Shown piece by piece: positions 11,031 through 26,000 of a stretch of DNA of 64,000 nt. This stretch comes from Eledone cirrhosa (lineage: Eukaryota): assembly GCA_964016885.1 (NCBI GenBank), contig OZ024742.1, positions 28,148,001 through 28,212,000 on the forward strand, in the 5' to 3' direction. The notes under the pieces were generated by a model. That model did no database searches, was not told the DNA's origin, and saw only the letters and a list, made by a program, of their open reading frames with translations. The translations under genes and the position numbers were made by a program. The first letter of the stretch is position 1. Each line of letters starts with the position of its first letter.

Positions 11031-14000
11031 TATTGGTGGTGGTGTTGTCATGTTTATTGGTGTGGTGGTGGTGTTGTTATTGTCATGTTTATTGGTGTGG
11101 TGGTAGTGGTGTTGTTGTTGTCATGTTTATTGGTGTGGTGGTGGTGGTGTTGTTGTCATGTTTATTGGTGTGGTGGTGGTGTTGTTATTGTCATGTTTAT
11201 TGGTGTGGTGGTGGTGTTGTTATTGTCATGTTTATTGGTGTGGTGGTGGTGTTGTTATTGTCATGTTTATTGGTGTGGTGGTGGTGTTGTTATTGTCATG
11301 TTTATTGGTGTGGTGGTGGTGGTGTTGTTGTCATGTTTATTGGTGTGGTGGTGGTGGTGTTGTTGTCATATTTATTGGTGTGGTGGTGGTGGTGTTGTTG
11401 TCATGTTTATTAGTGTGGTTCTGTTGTTATTGTTGTCATGTTTATTGGTGTGGTGGTGGTGTTGCTGTTGTCATGTTTATTGGTGTGGTGGTGGTGGTGT
11501 TGTTGTCATATTTATTGGTGTGGTGGTGGTGGTGTTGTTGTCATATTTATTGGTGTGGTGGTGTTGTTGTTGTTGTCATGTTTATTGGTGTGGTGGTGTT
11601 GTTGTTGTTGTCATGTTTATTGGTGTGGTGGTGTTATTGTCATGTTTATTGGTGTGGTGGTGGTGTTGTTGTTGTCATGTTTATTGGTGTGGTGGTGGTG
11701 GTGTTGTTGTTGTCATGTTTATTGGTGTTGTGGCGGTGGTGTTGTTGTTGTTGTTGTCATGTTTATTGGTGTGGTGGTGGTGGTGGTGTTGTCATATTTA
11801 TTGGTGTGGTGGTGGTGGTGGTGTTGTTGTCATGTTTATTGGTGTGGTGGTGGTGGTGTTGTTGACATGTTTATTGGTGTGGTGGTGGTGGTGTTGTTGT
11901 CATATTTATTGGTGTGGTGGTGGTGTTGTTGTTGTCATGTTTATTGGTGTGGTGGTGGTGTTGTTGTTGTCATGTTTATTGGTGTGGTGGTGGTGGTGTT
12001 GTTGTTGTCATGTTTATTGGTGTGGTGGTGGTGGTGTTGTTGTCATGTTTATTGGTGTGGTGGTGGTGGTGTTGTTGTTGTCATGTTTATTGGTGTGGTG
12101 GTGTTGTTGTTGTTGTCATGTTTATTGGTGTGGTGGTGGTGTTGTTGATGTCATGTTTATTGGTGTGGTGGTGTTGTTGTTGTTGTTGTCATGTTTATTG
12201 GTGTGGTGGTGGTGGTGTTGTTGTCATGTTTATTGGTGTGGTGGTGGTGGTGGTGGTGTTGTCATGTTTATTGGTGTGGTGTTGGTGGTGTTGTTGTTGT
12301 TGTCATGTTTATTGGTGTGGTGGTGCTGTTGTTGTTGTTGTCATGTTTATTGGTGTGGTGGTGGTGGTGTTGTTGTTGTCATGTTTATTGGTGTGGTGGT
12401 GGTGTTCTTGTTGTCATGTTTATTGGTGTGGTGGTGGTGTTGTTGTTGTTATGTTTATTGGTGTGGTGGTGGTGGTGTTGTTGTCATGTTTATTGGTGTG
12501 GTGGTGGTGGTGATGTTGTCATATTTATTGGTGTGATGGTGGTGGTGTTGTTGTTGTCATGTTTATTAGTGTGGTGGTGGTGGTGGTGTTGTTGTCATAT
12601 TTATTGGTGTGGTGGTGGTGTTGTTGTTGTCATGTTTATTAGTGTGGTGGTGGTGTTGTTGTTGTCATGTTTATTGGTGTGGTGGTGGTGGTGGTGTTGT
12701 TGTCATGTTTATTGGTGTGGTGGTGGTGGTGTTGTTGTCATGTTTATTTGTGTGGTGGTGGTGGTGTTGTCATGTTTATTGGTGTGGTGGTGGTGGTGGT
12801 GTTGTTGTTGTCATGTTTATTGGTGTGGTGGTGGTGGTGTTGTTGTCATGTTTATTGGTGTGGTGGTGGTGTTGTTGTTGTGATGTTTATTGGTGTGGTG
12901 GTGGTTTTGTTGTTGTCATGTTTATTGGTGTGGTAGTAGTGTTGTTGTTTTCATGTTTATTGGTGTGGTGGTGGTGGTGTTGTTTTTGTCATGTTTATTG
13001 GTGTGGTGGTGTTGTTGTCATGTCTATTGGTGTGGTGGTGGTGGTGTTGTTGTTGTCATGTTTATTGGTGTGGTGGTGGTGGTGGTGGTGTTGTCATGTT
13101 TATTGGTGTGGTGGTGGTGGTGTTGTTGTCATATTTATTGGTGTGGTGGTGGTGTTGTTGTTGTCATGTTTATTGGTGTGGTGGTGTTGTTGCTGTTGTC
13201 ATGTATATTGGTGTGGTGGTGTTGTTGTTCTTGTCATGTTTATTGGTGTGGTGGTGGTGGTGTTATTGTCATGTTTATTGGTGTGGTGGTGATGGTGTTG
13301 TTGTTGTCATGTTTATTGGTGTGGTGGTGGTGTTGTTGTTGTTGTCATGTATATCGGTGTGGTGGTGTTGTTGTTGTTGTCATGTTTATTGGTGTGGTGG
13401 TGGTGTTGTTGTTGTTGTCATGTTTATTTGTGTGGTGGTGGTGTTGTTGTTGTTGTCATGTATATCGGTGTGGTGGTGTTGTTGTTGTTGTCATGTTTAT
13501 TGGTGTGGTGGTGGTGGTGTTGTTGTTGTCATGTTTATTGGTGTGATGGTGTTGTTGTTGTTGTCATGTTTATTGGTGTGGTGTTGGTGGTGTTGTTGTT
13601 GTTGTCATGTTTATTGGTGTGGTGGTGTTGTTGTTGTTGTCACGTTTATTGGTGTCGTGGTAGTGGTGTTGTTGTTGCATGTTTATTGGTGTGGTGGTGG
13701 TGTGTTGTTGTCATATTTATTGGTGTGGTGGTGGTGTTGTTGTTGTCATGTTTATTGGTGTGGTGGTGGTGGTGGTGTTGTTGTCATGTTTATTGGTGCC
13801 GTGGTGGTGGTGTTGTTGTTGTCATGTTTATTGGTGTGGTGGTGTTATTGTCATGTTTATTGGTGTGGTGGTGTTATTGTCATGTTTATTGGTGTGGTGG
13901 TGGTGTTTTTGTTGTTGTCATATATATTGGTGTGGTGGTGGTGGTGTTGTTGTTGTCATGTTTATTGGTGTGGTGGTGGTGGTGGTGTTGTTGTCATGTT

Positions 14001-17000
14001 TATTGGTGTGGTAGTGTTGTTTTTGTTGTCATGTTTATTGGTGTGGTGGTGGTGTTGCTGTTGTCATGTTTATTCGTGTGGTGGTGGTGGTGTTGTTGTC
14101 ATATTTATTGGTGTGGTGGTGGTGGTGTTGTTGTCATATTTATTGGTGTGGTGGTGTTGTTGTTGTTGTCATGCTTATTGGTGTGGTGGTGTTGTTTTTG
14201 TTGTCATGTTTATTGGTGTGGTGGTGGTGGTGTTGTTGTTGTCATGTTTATTGGTGTGGTGGTGGTGGTGTTGTTGTTGTCATGTTTATTGGTGTGGTGG
14301 TGGTGGTGTTGTTGTTGTCATGTTTATTGGTGTGGTGGTGGTGGTGTTGTTGTCATATTTATTGGTGTGGTGGTGGTGGTGTTGTTGTCATGTTTATTGG
14401 TGTGGTGGTGGTGGTGGTGTAGTTGTCATGTTTATTGGTGTGGTCGTGGTGGTGTTGTTGTTGTCATATTTATTGGTGTGGTGGTGGTGTTGTTGTCATA
14501 TTTATCGGTGTGGTGGTGGTGTTGTTGTTGTCATGTTTATTGGTGTGGTGGTGGTGTTGTTGTCATGTTTATTGGTGTGGTGGTGGTGGTGGTGTTGTCA
14601 TGTTTATTGGTGTGGTTCTGTTGTTATTGTTGTCATGTTTATTGGTGTGGTGGTGGTGGTGGTGTTGTTGTCATGTTTATTGGTGTGGTGGTGGTGTTGT
14701 TGTCATGTTTATTGGTGTGGTGGTGGTGTTGTTGTCATGTTTATTGGTGTGGTGGTGGTGGTGGTGTTGTCATGTTTATTGGTGTGGTTCTGTTGTTATT
14801 GTTGTCATGTTTATTGCTGTGGTGGTGTTGGTGTTGTTGTTGTCATGTTTATTGGTGTGGTGGTGTTCTTGTCATGTTTATTGGTGTGGTGGTGTTGTTG
14901 TCATGTTTATTGGTGTGGTGGTGGTGGTGTTATTGTCATGTTTATTGGTGTGGTGGTGGTGTTGTTGTTGTCATGTTTAATGGTCTGGTGGTGGTGGTGT
15001 TGTTGTCATGTTTATTGGTGTGGTGGTGGTGGTGGTGTTGTTGTCATGTTTATTGGTGCCGTGGTGGTGGTGTTGTTGTTGTCATGTTTATTGGTGTGGT
15101 GGTGTTATTGTCATGTTTATTGGTGTGGTGGTGTTATTGCCATGTTTATTGGTGTGGTGGTGGTGTTTTTGTTGTTGTCATATATATTGGTGTGGTGGTG
15201 GTTGTGTTGTTGTTGTCATGTTTATTGGTGTGGTGGTGGTGATGTTGTTGTTGTCATGTTTATTGGTGTGGTGGTGTTGTTTTTGTTGTCATGTTTATTG
15301 GTGTGGTGGTGGTGTTGCTGTTGTCATGTTTATTCATGTGGTGGTGGTGGTGTTGTTGTCATATTTATTGGTGTGGTGGTGGTGGTGTTGTTGTCATATT
15401 TATTGGTGTGGTGGTGTTGTTGTTGTTGTCATGCTTATTGATGTGGTGGTGTTGTTTTTGTTGTCATGTTTATTGGTGTGGTGGTGGTGGTGGTGTTGTT
15501 GTCATGTTTATTGGTGTGGTGGTGGTGGTGTTGTTGTCATGTTTATTGGTGTGGTGGTGGTGTTGTTGTTGTGATGTTTATTGGTGTGGTGGTGGTTTTG
15601 TTGTTGTCATGTTTATTGGTGTGGTGGTGGAGGTGTTGTTGTTGTCATGTTTATTGGTGTGGTAGTAGTGTTGTTGTTTTCATGTTTATTGGTGTGGTGG
15701 TGGTGGTGTTGTTTTTGTCATGTTTATTGGTGTGGTGGTGTTGTTGTCATGTCTATTGGTGTGGTGGTGGTGGTGTTGTTGTTGTCATGTTTATTGGTGT
15801 GGTGGTGGTGGTGGTGGTGTTGTCATGTTTATTGGTGTGGTGGTGGTGGTGTTGTTGTCATATTTATTGGTGTGGTGGTGGTGTTGTTGTTGTCATGTTT
15901 ATTGGTGTGGTGGTGTTGTTGCTGTTGTCATGTATATTGGTGTGGTGGTGTTGTTGTTCTTGTCATGTTTATTGGTGTGGTGGTGGTGGTGTTATTGTCA
16001 TGTTTATTGGTGTGGTGGTGGTGTTGTTGTTGTTGTCATGTTTATTTGTGTGGTGGTGTTGTTGCTGTTGTCATGTATATTGGTGTGGTGGTGTTGTTGT
16101 TTTTGTCATGTTTATTGGTGTGGTGGTGATGGTGTTGTTGTTGTCATGTTTATTGGTGTGGTGGTGGTGTTGTTGTTGTTGTCATGTATATCGGTGTGGT
16201 GGTGTTGTTGTTGTTGTCATGTTTATTGGTGTGGTGGTGGTGTTGTTGTTGTTGTCATGTTTATTTGTGTGGTGGTGGTGTTGTTGTTGTTGTCATGTAT
16301 ATTGGTGTGGTGGTGTTGTTGTTGTTGTCATGTTTATTGGTGTGGTGGTGGTGGTGTTGTTGTTGTCATGTTTATTGGTGTGATGGTGTTGTTGTTGTTG
16401 TCATGTTTATTGGTGTGGTGTTGGTGGTGTTGTTGTTGTTGTCATGTTTATTGGTGTGGTGGTGTTGTTGTTGTTGTCACGTTTATTGGTGTCGTGGTGG
16501 TGGTGTTGTTGTTGCATGTTTATTGGTGTGGTGGTGGTGTGTTGTTGTCATATTTATTGGTGTGGTGGTGGTGTTGTTGTTGTCATGTTTATTGGTGTGG
16601 TGGTGGTGGTGGTGTTGTTGTCATGTTTATTGGTGCCGTGGTGGTGGTGTTGTTGTTGTCATGTTTATTGGTGTGGTGGTGTTATGGTCATGTTTATTGG
16701 TGTGGTGGTGTTATTGTCATGTTTATTGGTGTGGTGGTGGTGTTTTTGTTGTTGTCATATATATTGGTGTGGTGGTGGTGGTGTTGTTGTTGTCATGTTT
16801 ATTGGTGTGGTGGTGGTGGTGTTGTTGTTGTCATGTTTATTGGTGTGGTGGTGTTGTTTTTGTTGTCATGTTTATTGGTGTGGTGGTGGTGTTGCTGTTG
16901 TCATGTTTATTCGTGTGGTGGTGGTGGTGTTGTTGTCATATTTATTGGTGTGGTGGTGGTGGTGGTGTTGTCATGTTTATTGGTGTGGTTCTGTTGTTAT

Positions 17001-20000
17001 TGTTGTCATGTTTATTGGTGTGGTGGTGGTGGTGGTGTTGTTGTCATGTTTATTGGTGTGGTGGTGGTGGTGGTGTTGTCATGTTTATTGGTGTGGTTCT
17101 GTTGGTGTTCTTGTCATGTTTATTGGTGTGGTGGTGTTGTTGTCATGTTTATTGGTGTGGTGGTGGTGGTGTTATTGTCATGTTTATTGGTGTGGTGGTG
17201 GTGTTGTTGTTGTCATGTTTATTGGTGTGGTGGTGGTGGTGTTGTTGTCATGTTTATTGGTGTGGTGGTGGTGGTGGTGTTGTTGTCATGTTTATTGGTG
17301 CCGTGGTGGTGGTGTTGTTGTTGTCATGTTTATTGGTGTGGTGGTGTTATTGTCATGTTTATTGGTGTGGTGGTGTTATTGTCATGTTTATTGGTGTGGT
17401 GGTGGTGTTTTTGTTGTTGTCATATATATTGGTGTGGTGGTGGTGTTGTTGTTGTCATGTTTATTGGTGCGGTGGTGGTGGTGTTGTTGTTGTCATGTTT
17501 ATTGGTGTGGTGGTGTTGTTTTTGTTGTCATGTTTATTGGTGTGGTGGTGGTGTTGCTGTTGTCATGTTTATTCGTGTGGTGGTGGTGGTGTTGTTGTCA
17601 TATTTATTGGTGTGGTGGTGGTGGTGTTGTTGTCATATTTATTGGTGTGGTGGTGTTGTTGTTGTTGTCATGCTTATTGGTGTGGTGGTGTTGTTTTTGT
17701 TGTCATGTTTATTGGTGTGGTGGTGGTGGTGTTGTTGTTGTCATGTTTATTGGTGTGGTGGTGGTGGTGTTGTTGTTGTCATGTTTATTGGTGTGGTGGT
17801 GGTGGTGTTGTTGTTGTCATGTTTATTGGTGTAGTGGTGGTGGTGTTGTTGTCATGTTTATTGGTGTGGTGGTGGTGGTGTTGTTGTCATATTTATTGGT
17901 GTGGTGGCGGTGGTGGTGTTGTTGTCATGTTTATTGGTGTGGTGGTGGTGGTGTTGTTGTCATGTTTATTGGTGTGGTGGTGGTGTTGTTGTTGTCATGT
18001 TTATTGGTGTGGTGGTGGTGTTGTTGTTGTCATGTTTATTGGTGTGGTGGTGGTGGTGTTGTTGTCATGTTTATTGGTGTGGTGGTGGTGGTGTTGTTGT
18101 TGTCATGTTTATTGGTGTTGTTGGTGTTGTTGTTGTTGTCATGTTTATTGGTGTGGTGGTGTTGTTGTTGTTGTCATGTTTATTGGTGTGGTGGTGCTGT
18201 TGTTGTTGTTGTCATGTTTATTGGTGTGGTGGTGTTGGTGTTGTTGTTGTCATGTTTATTGGTGTGGTGGTGGTGTTCTTGTTGTCATGTTTATTGGTGT
18301 GGTGGTGGTGTTGTTGTTGTCATGTTTATTGGTGTGGTGGTGGTGGTGTTGTTGTTGTCATGTTTATTGGTGTGGTGGTGGTGGTGGTGTTGTTGTCATA
18401 TTTATTGGTGTGATGGTGGTGGTGTTGTTGTTGTCATGTTTATTGGTGTGGTGGTGGTGGTGTTGTTGTTGTCATATTTATTGGTGTGGTGGTGGTGTTG
18501 TTGTTGTCATGTTTATTTATGTGGTGGTGGTGGTGGTGTTGTTGTCATGAATATTGGTGTGGTGGTGGTGGTGTTGTTGTCATGTTTATTGGTGTGGTGG
18601 TGGTGGTGTTGTTGTTGTCATGTTTATTTGTGTGGTGGTGGTGTTGTCATGTTTATTGGTGTGGTGGTGGTGGTAGTGTTGTTGTTGTTGTGATGTTTAT
18701 TGGTGCGGTGGTGGTGTTGTTGTTGTTATGTTTATTGGTGTGGTGGTGGAGGTGTTGTTGTTGTCATGTTTATTGGTGTGGTGGTGGTGTTGTTGTTTTC
18801 ATGTTTATTGGTGTGGTGGTGGTGGTGTTGTTTTTGTCATGTTTATTGGTGTGGTGGTGTTGTTGTCATGTTTATTGGTGTGGTGGTGGTTGTGTTGTTG
18901 TTGTCATGTTTATTGGTGTGGTGGTGGTGGTGGTGGTGTTGTCATGTTTATTGGTGTGGTGGTGGTGGTGTTATTGTCATGTTTATTGGTGTGGTGGTGG
19001 TGGTGTTGTTGTTGTCATGTTTATTGGTGTTGTTGGTGTTGTTGTTGTTGTCATGTTTATTGGTGTGGTGGTGTTGTTGTCATGTTTATTGGTGTGGTGG
19101 TGGTTGTGTTGTTGTTGTCATGTTTATTGGTGTGGTGGTGGTGTTGTTGTTGTTGTCATGTATATCGGTGTGGTGGTGGTGTTGTTGTTATGTTTATTGG
19201 TGTGGTGGTGGTGGTGTTGTTGTTGTCATGTTTATTGGTGTGATGGTGGTGTTGTTGTTTTCATGTTTATTGGTGTGGTGGTGGTGTTGTTGTTGTCATG
19301 TTTATTGGTGTGGTGGTGGTGGTGTTGTTGTCATGTTTATTGGTGTGGTGGTGTTGTTGTTGTTGTCATGTTTATTGGTGTGGTGTTGGTGGTGTTGTTG
19401 TTGTTGTCATGTTTATTGGTGTGGTGGTGTTGTTGTTGTTGTCATGTTTATTGGTGTCGTGGTGGTGGTGTTGTTGTTGCATGTTTATTGGTGTGGTGGT
19501 GGTGGTGTTGTTGTTGTCATGTTTATTGGTGTGGTGGTGTTGTTTTTGTTGTCATGTTTATTGGTGTGGTGGTGGTGTTGCTGTTGTCATGTTTATTCGT
19601 GTGGTGGTGGTGGTGTTGTTGTCATATTTATTGGTGTGGTGGTGGTGGTGTTGTTGTCATATTTATTGGTGTGGTGGTGTTGTTGTTGTTGTCATGCTTA
19701 TTGGTGTGGTGGTGTTGTTTTTGTTGTCATGTTTATTGGTGTGGTGGTGGTGGTGTTGTTGTTGTCATGTTTATTGGTGTGGTGGTGGTGGTGTTGTTGT
19801 TGTCATGTTTATTGGTGTGGTGGTGGTGGTGTTGTTGTTGTCATGTTTATTGGTGTGGTGGTGGTGGTGTTGTTGTTGTCATGTTTATTGGTGTGGTGGT
19901 GGTGGTGTTGTTGTCATATTTATTGGTGTGGTGGTGGTGGTGTTGTTGTCATGTTTATTGGTGTGGTGGTGGTGGTGGTGTTGTTGTCATGTTTATTGGT

Positions 20001-23000
20001 GTGGTGGTGGTGGTGTTGTTGTTGTCATATTTATTGGTGTGGTGGTGGTGGTGTTGTTGTCATATTTATTGGTGTGGTGGTGGTGTTGTTGTTGTCATGT
20101 TTATTGGTGTGGTGGTGGTGTTGTTGTCATGTTTATTGGTGTGGTGGTGGTGGTGGTGTTGTCATGTTTATTGGTGTGGTTCTGTTGGTGTTCTTGTCAT
20201 GTTTATTGGTGTGGTGGTGTTGTTGTCATGTTTATTGGTGTGGTGGTGGTGGTGTTATTGTCATGTTTATTGGTGTGGTGGTGGTGTTGTTGTTGTCATG
20301 TTTATTGGTGTGGTGGTGGTGGTGTTGTTGTCATGTTTATTGGTGTGGTGGTGGTGGTGGTGTTGTTGTCATGTTTATTGGTGTGGTGGTGTTATTGTCA
20401 TGTTTATTGGTGTGGTGGTGGTGTTTTTGTTGTTGTCATATATATTGGTGTGGTGGTGGTGTTGTTGTTGTCATGTTTATTGGTGCGGTGGTGGTGGTGT
20501 TGTTGTTGTCATGTTTATTGGTGTGGTGGTGTTGTTTTTGTTGTCATGTTTATTGGTGGGGTGGTGGTGTTGCTGTTGTCATGTTTATTCGTGTGGTGGT
20601 GGTGGTGTTGTTGTCATATTTATTGGTGTGGTGGTGGTGGTGTTGTTGTCATATTTATTGGTGTGGTGGTGTTGTTGTTGTTGTTGTCATGCTTATTGGT
20701 GTGGTGGTGTTGTTTTTGTTGTCATGTTTATTGGTGTGGTGGTGGTGGTGTTGTTGTTGTCATGTTTATTGGTGTGGTGGTGGTGGTGTTGTTGTTGTCA
20801 TGTTTATTGGTGTGGTGGTGGTGTTGTTGTCATGTTTATTGGTGTGGTGGTGGTGGTGGTGTTGTCATGTTTATTGGTGTGGTTCTGTTGTTATTGTTGT
20901 CATGTTTATTGGTGTGGTGGTGGTGGTGTTGTTGTTGTCATGTTTATTGGTGTGGTGGTGGTGGTGTTGTTGTTGTCATGTTTATTGGTGTGGTGGTGTT
21001 GTTGTCATGTTTATTGGTGTGGTGGTGGTGGTGTTATTGTCATGTTTATTGGTGTGGTGGTGGTGTTGTTGTTGTCATGTTTATTGGTGTGGTGGTGGTG
21101 GTGTTGTTGTTGTCATGTTTATTGGTGTGGTGGCAGTGGTGTTGTTGTTGTTGTTGTCATGTTTATTGGTGTGGTGGTGTTGTTGTTGTTGTTGTCATGT
21201 TTATTGGTGTGGTGGTGGTGGTGTTGTTGTTGTCATGTTTATTGGTGTGGTGGTGGTGGTGTTGTTGTTGTCATGTTTATTGGTGTGGTGGTGGTGGTGT
21301 TGTTGTCATATTTATTGGTGTGGTGGCGGTGGTGGTGTTGTTGTCATGTTTATTGGTGTGGTGGTGGTGGTGTTGTTGTCATGTTTATTGGTGTGGTGGT
21401 GGTGTTGTTGTTGTCATGTTTATTGGTGTGGTGGTGGTGTTGTTGTTGTCATGTTTATTGGTGTGGTGGTGGTGGTGTTGTTGTCATGTTTATTGGTGTG
21501 GTGGTGGTGGTGTTGTTGTTGTCATGTTTATTGGTGTTGTTGGTGTTGTTGTTGTTGTCATGTTTATTGGTGTGGTGGTGTTGTTGTTGTTGTCATGTTT
21601 ATTGGTGTGGTGGTGCTGTTGTTGTTGTTGTCATGTTTATTGGTGTGGTGGTGTTGGTGTTGTTGTTGTCATGTTTATTGGTGTGGTGGTGGTGTTCTTG
21701 TTGTCATGTTTATTGGTGTGGTGGTGGTGTTGTTGTTGTCATGTTTATTGGTGTGGTGGTGGTGGTGTTGTTGTTGTCATGTTTATTGGTGTGGTGGTGG
21801 TGGTGGTGTTGTTGTCATATTTATTGGTGTGATGGTGGTGGTGTTGTTGTTGTCATGTTTATTGGTGTGGTGGTGGTGGTGTTGTTGTTGTCATATTTAT
21901 TGGTGTGGTGGTGGTGTTGTTGTTGTCATGTTTATTTATGTGGTGGTGGTGGTGGTGTTGTTGTCATGAATATTGGTGTGGTGGTGGTGGTGTTGTTGTC
22001 ATGTTTATTGGTGTGGTGGTGGTGGTGTTGTTGTTGTCATGTTTATTTGTGTGGTGGTGGTGTTGTCATGTTTATTGGTGTGGTGGTGGTGGTAGTGTTG
22101 TTGTTGTTGTGATGTTTATTGGTGCGGTGGTGGTGTTGTTGTTGTCATGTTTATTGGTGTGGTGGTGGAGGTGTTGTTGTTGTCATGTTTATTGGTGTGG
22201 TGGTGGTGTTGTTGTTTTCATGTTTATTGGTGTGGTGGTGGTGGTGTTGTTTTTGTCATGTTTATTGGTGTGGTGGTGTTGTTGTCATGTTTATTGGTGT
22301 GGTGGTGGTTGTGTTGTTGTTGTCATGTTTATTGGTGTGGTGGTGGTGGTGGTGGTGTTGTCATGTTCATTGGTGTGGTGGTGGTGGTGTTATTGTCATG
22401 TTTATTGGTGTGGTGGTGGTGGTGTTGTTGTTGTCATGTTTATTGGTGTTGTTGGTGTTGTTGTTGTTGTCATGTTTATTGGTGTGGTGGTGTTGTTGTT
22501 GTTGTCATGTTTATTGGTGTGGTGGTGGTGTTGTTGTTGTTGTCATGTATATCAGTGTGGTGGTGGTGTTGTTGTTATGTTTATTGGTGTGGTGGTGGTG
22601 GTGTTGTTGTTGTCATGTTTATTGGTGTGATGGTGGTGTTGTTGTTTTCATGTTTATTGGTGTGGTGCTGGTGTTGTTGTTGTCATGTTTATTGGTGTGG
22701 TGGTGGTGGTGTTGTTGTCATGTTTATTGGTGTGGTGGTGTTGTTGTTGTTGTCATGTTTATTGGTGTGGTGTTGGTGGTGTTGTTGTTGTTGTCATGTT
22801 TATTGGTGTGGTGGTGTTGTTGTTGTTGTCATGTTTATTGGTGTCGTGGTGGTGGTGTTGTTGTCATATTTATTGGTGTGATGGTGGTGTTGTTGTTGTC
22901 ATGTTTATTGGTGTGGTGGTGGTGTTGTTGTTGTCATGTTTATTGGTGTGGTGGTGGTGTTGTTGTCATGTTTATTGGTGCCGTGGTGGTGGTGTTGTTG

Positions 23001-26000
23001 TTGTCATGTTTATTGGTGTGGTGGTGTTATTGTCATGTTTATTGGTGTGGTGGTGTTATTGTCATGTTTATTGGTGTGGTGGTGTTGTTGTTGTTGTTGT
23101 CATATATATTGGTGTGGTGGTGGTGGTGTTGTTGGTGTCATGTTTATTGGTGTGGTGGTGGTGGTGTTGTTGTTGTCATGTTTATTGATGTGATGGTGTT
23201 GTTGTTGTTGTCATGTTTATTGGTGTGGTGGTGGTGGTGTTGTTGTCATGTTTATTGGTGTGGTGGTGGTGTTGTTGTTGTCATGTTTATTGGTGTGGTG
23301 GTGGTGGTGTTGTTGTTGTGATGTTTATTGGTGTGGTGGTGGTGTTGTTGTTGTCATGTTTATTGGTGTGGTGGTGGTGTTGTTGTTGTCATGTTTATTG
23401 GTGTAGTGGTGGTGGTGTTGTTGTTGTCATGTTTATTGGTGTGGTGGTGGTGTTGTTGTCATATTTATTGGTGTGATGGTGGTGGTGTTGTTGTTGTCAT
23501 GTTTATTGGTGTGGTGGTGGTGGTGGTGTTGTTGTCATATTTATTGGTGTGGTGGCGGTGTTGTTGTTGTCATGTTTATTGGTGTGGTTGTGGTGGTGTT
23601 GTTGTCATGTTTATTGGTGTGGTGGTGGTGGTGGTGTTGTTGTCATGTTTATTGGTGCCGTGGTGGTGGTGTTGTTGTTGTCATGTTTATTGGTATGGTG
23701 GTGTTATTGTCATGTTTATTGGTGTGGTGGTGTTATTGTCATGTTTATTGGTGTGGTGGTGTTGTTGTTGTTGTTGTCATGTTTATTGGTGTGGTGGTGG
23801 TGGTGTTGTTGTCATGTTTATTGGTGTGGTGGTGGTGGTGTTGTTGTTGTCATGTTTATTTGTGTGGTGGTGTTGTTGTTGTCATGTTTATTGGTGTGCT
23901 GGTGGTGTTGTTGTTGTCATGTTTATTGGTGTGGTGGTGGTGGTGTTGTTGTCATGTTTATTGGTGTGGTGGTGTTGTTGTTGTTGTGATGTTTATTGGT
24001 GTGGTGGTGGTGTTGTTGTTGTCATGTTTATTGGTGTGGTGGTGGAGGTGTTGTTGTTGTCATGTTTATTGGTGTGGTGGTGGTGTTGTTGTTTTCATGT
24101 TTATTGGTGTGGTGGTGGTGGTGTTTTTTTTGTCATGTTTATTGGTGTGGTGGTGTTGTTGTCATGTTTATTGGTGTGGTGGTGGTGGTGTTGTTGTTGT
24201 CATGTTTATTGGTGTGGTGGTGGTGGTGGTGGTGTTGTCATTTTTAATGGTGTGGTGGTGGTGTTGTTGTTGTCATATTTATTGGTGTGGTGGTGGTGTT
24301 GTTGTTGTCATGTTTATTGGTGTGGTGGTGTTGTTGCTGTTGTCATGTATATTGGTGTGGTGGTGTTGTTGTTCTTGTCATGTTTACTGGTGTGGTGGTG
24401 GTGGTGTTATTGTCATGTTTATTGGTGTGGTAGTGGTGGTGTTGTTGTTGTCATGTTTATTGGTGTTGGTGGTGTTGTTGTTGTTGTCATGTTTATTGGT
24501 GTGGTGGTGTTGTTGTTGTTGTCATGTTTATTTGTGTGGTGGTGGTGTTGTTGTTGTTGTCATGTATATCGGTGTGGTGGTGTTGTTGTTGTTGTCATGT
24601 TTATTGGTGTGGTGGTGGTGGTGTTGTTGTTGTCATGTTTATTGGTGTGATGGTGGTGTTGTTGTTGTCATGTTTATTGGTGTGGTGGTGGTGTTGTTGT
24701 TGTCATGTTTATTGGTGTGGTGGTGGTGTTGTTGTTGTCATGTTTATTGGTGTGTTGGTGTTGTTGTTGTTGTCATGTTTATTGGTGTGGTGGTGGTGGT
24801 GTTGTTGTTGTCATGTTTATTGGTGTGGTGGTGGTGGTGGTGGTGGTGTTGTCATGTTTATTGGTGTGGTGGTGGTGTTGTTGTTGTCATATTTATTGGT
24901 GTGGTGGTGGTGTTGTTGTTGTCATGTTTATTGGTGTGGTGGTGTTGTTGTTCTTGTCATGTTTATTGGTGTGGTGGTGGTGGTGTTATTGTCATGTTTA
25001 TTGGTGTGGTGGTGGTGGTGTTGTTGTTGTCATGTTTATTGGTGTTGGTGGTGTTGTTGTTGTCATGTATATCGGTGTGGTGGTGTTGTTGTTGTTGTCA
25101 TGTTTATTGGTGTGGTGGTGGTGGTGTTGTTGTTGTCATGTTTATTGGTGTGATGGTGGTGTTGTTGTTGTCATGTTTATTGGTGTGGTGGTGGTGTTGT
25201 TGTTGTCATGTTTATTGGTGTGGTGGTGTTGTTGTTGTTGTCATGTTTATTGGTGTGGTGTTGGTGGTGTTGTTGTTGTTGTCATGTTTATTGGTGTGGT
25301 GGTGTTGTTGTCATGTTTATTGGTGTCATGGTGGTAGTGTTGTTGTTGCATGTTTATTGGTGTGATGGTGGTATTGTTGTTGTCATGTTTATTGGTGTGG
25401 TGGTGGTGTTGTTGTTGTCATGTTTATTGGTGTGGTGGTGGTGGTGTTGTTGTTGTCATGTTTATTGGTGTGGTGGTGGTGGTGTTGTTGTCATGTTTAT
25501 TGGTGTGGTGGTGGTGGTGGTGTTGTTGTCATGTTTATTGGTGCCGTGGTGGTGGTGTTGTTGTTGTCATGTTTATTGGTGTGGTGGTGTTATTGTCATG
25601 TTTATTGGTGTGGTGGTGTTATTGTCATGTTTATTGGTGTGGTGGTGTTATTGTCATGTTTATTGGTGTGGTGGTGGTGTTGTTGTTGTTGTCATATATA
25701 TTGGTGTGGTGGTGGTGGTGTTGTTGTTGTCATGTTTATTGGTGTGGTGGTGGTGGTGGTGTTGTTGTTGTCATGTTTATTGGTGTGGTGGTGGTGTTGT
25801 TGTCATGTTTATTGGTGTGGTGGTGGTGGTGTTGTTGTTGTCATGTTTATTGGTGTGGTGGTGTTGTTGTTGTTGTCATGTTTATTGGTGTGGTGGTGGT
25901 GGTGTTGTTGTCATGTTTATTGGTGTGGTGGTGGTGGTGTTGTTGTTGTCATGTTTATTGGTGTGGTGGTGTTGTTGTTGTCATATTTATTGGTGTGGTG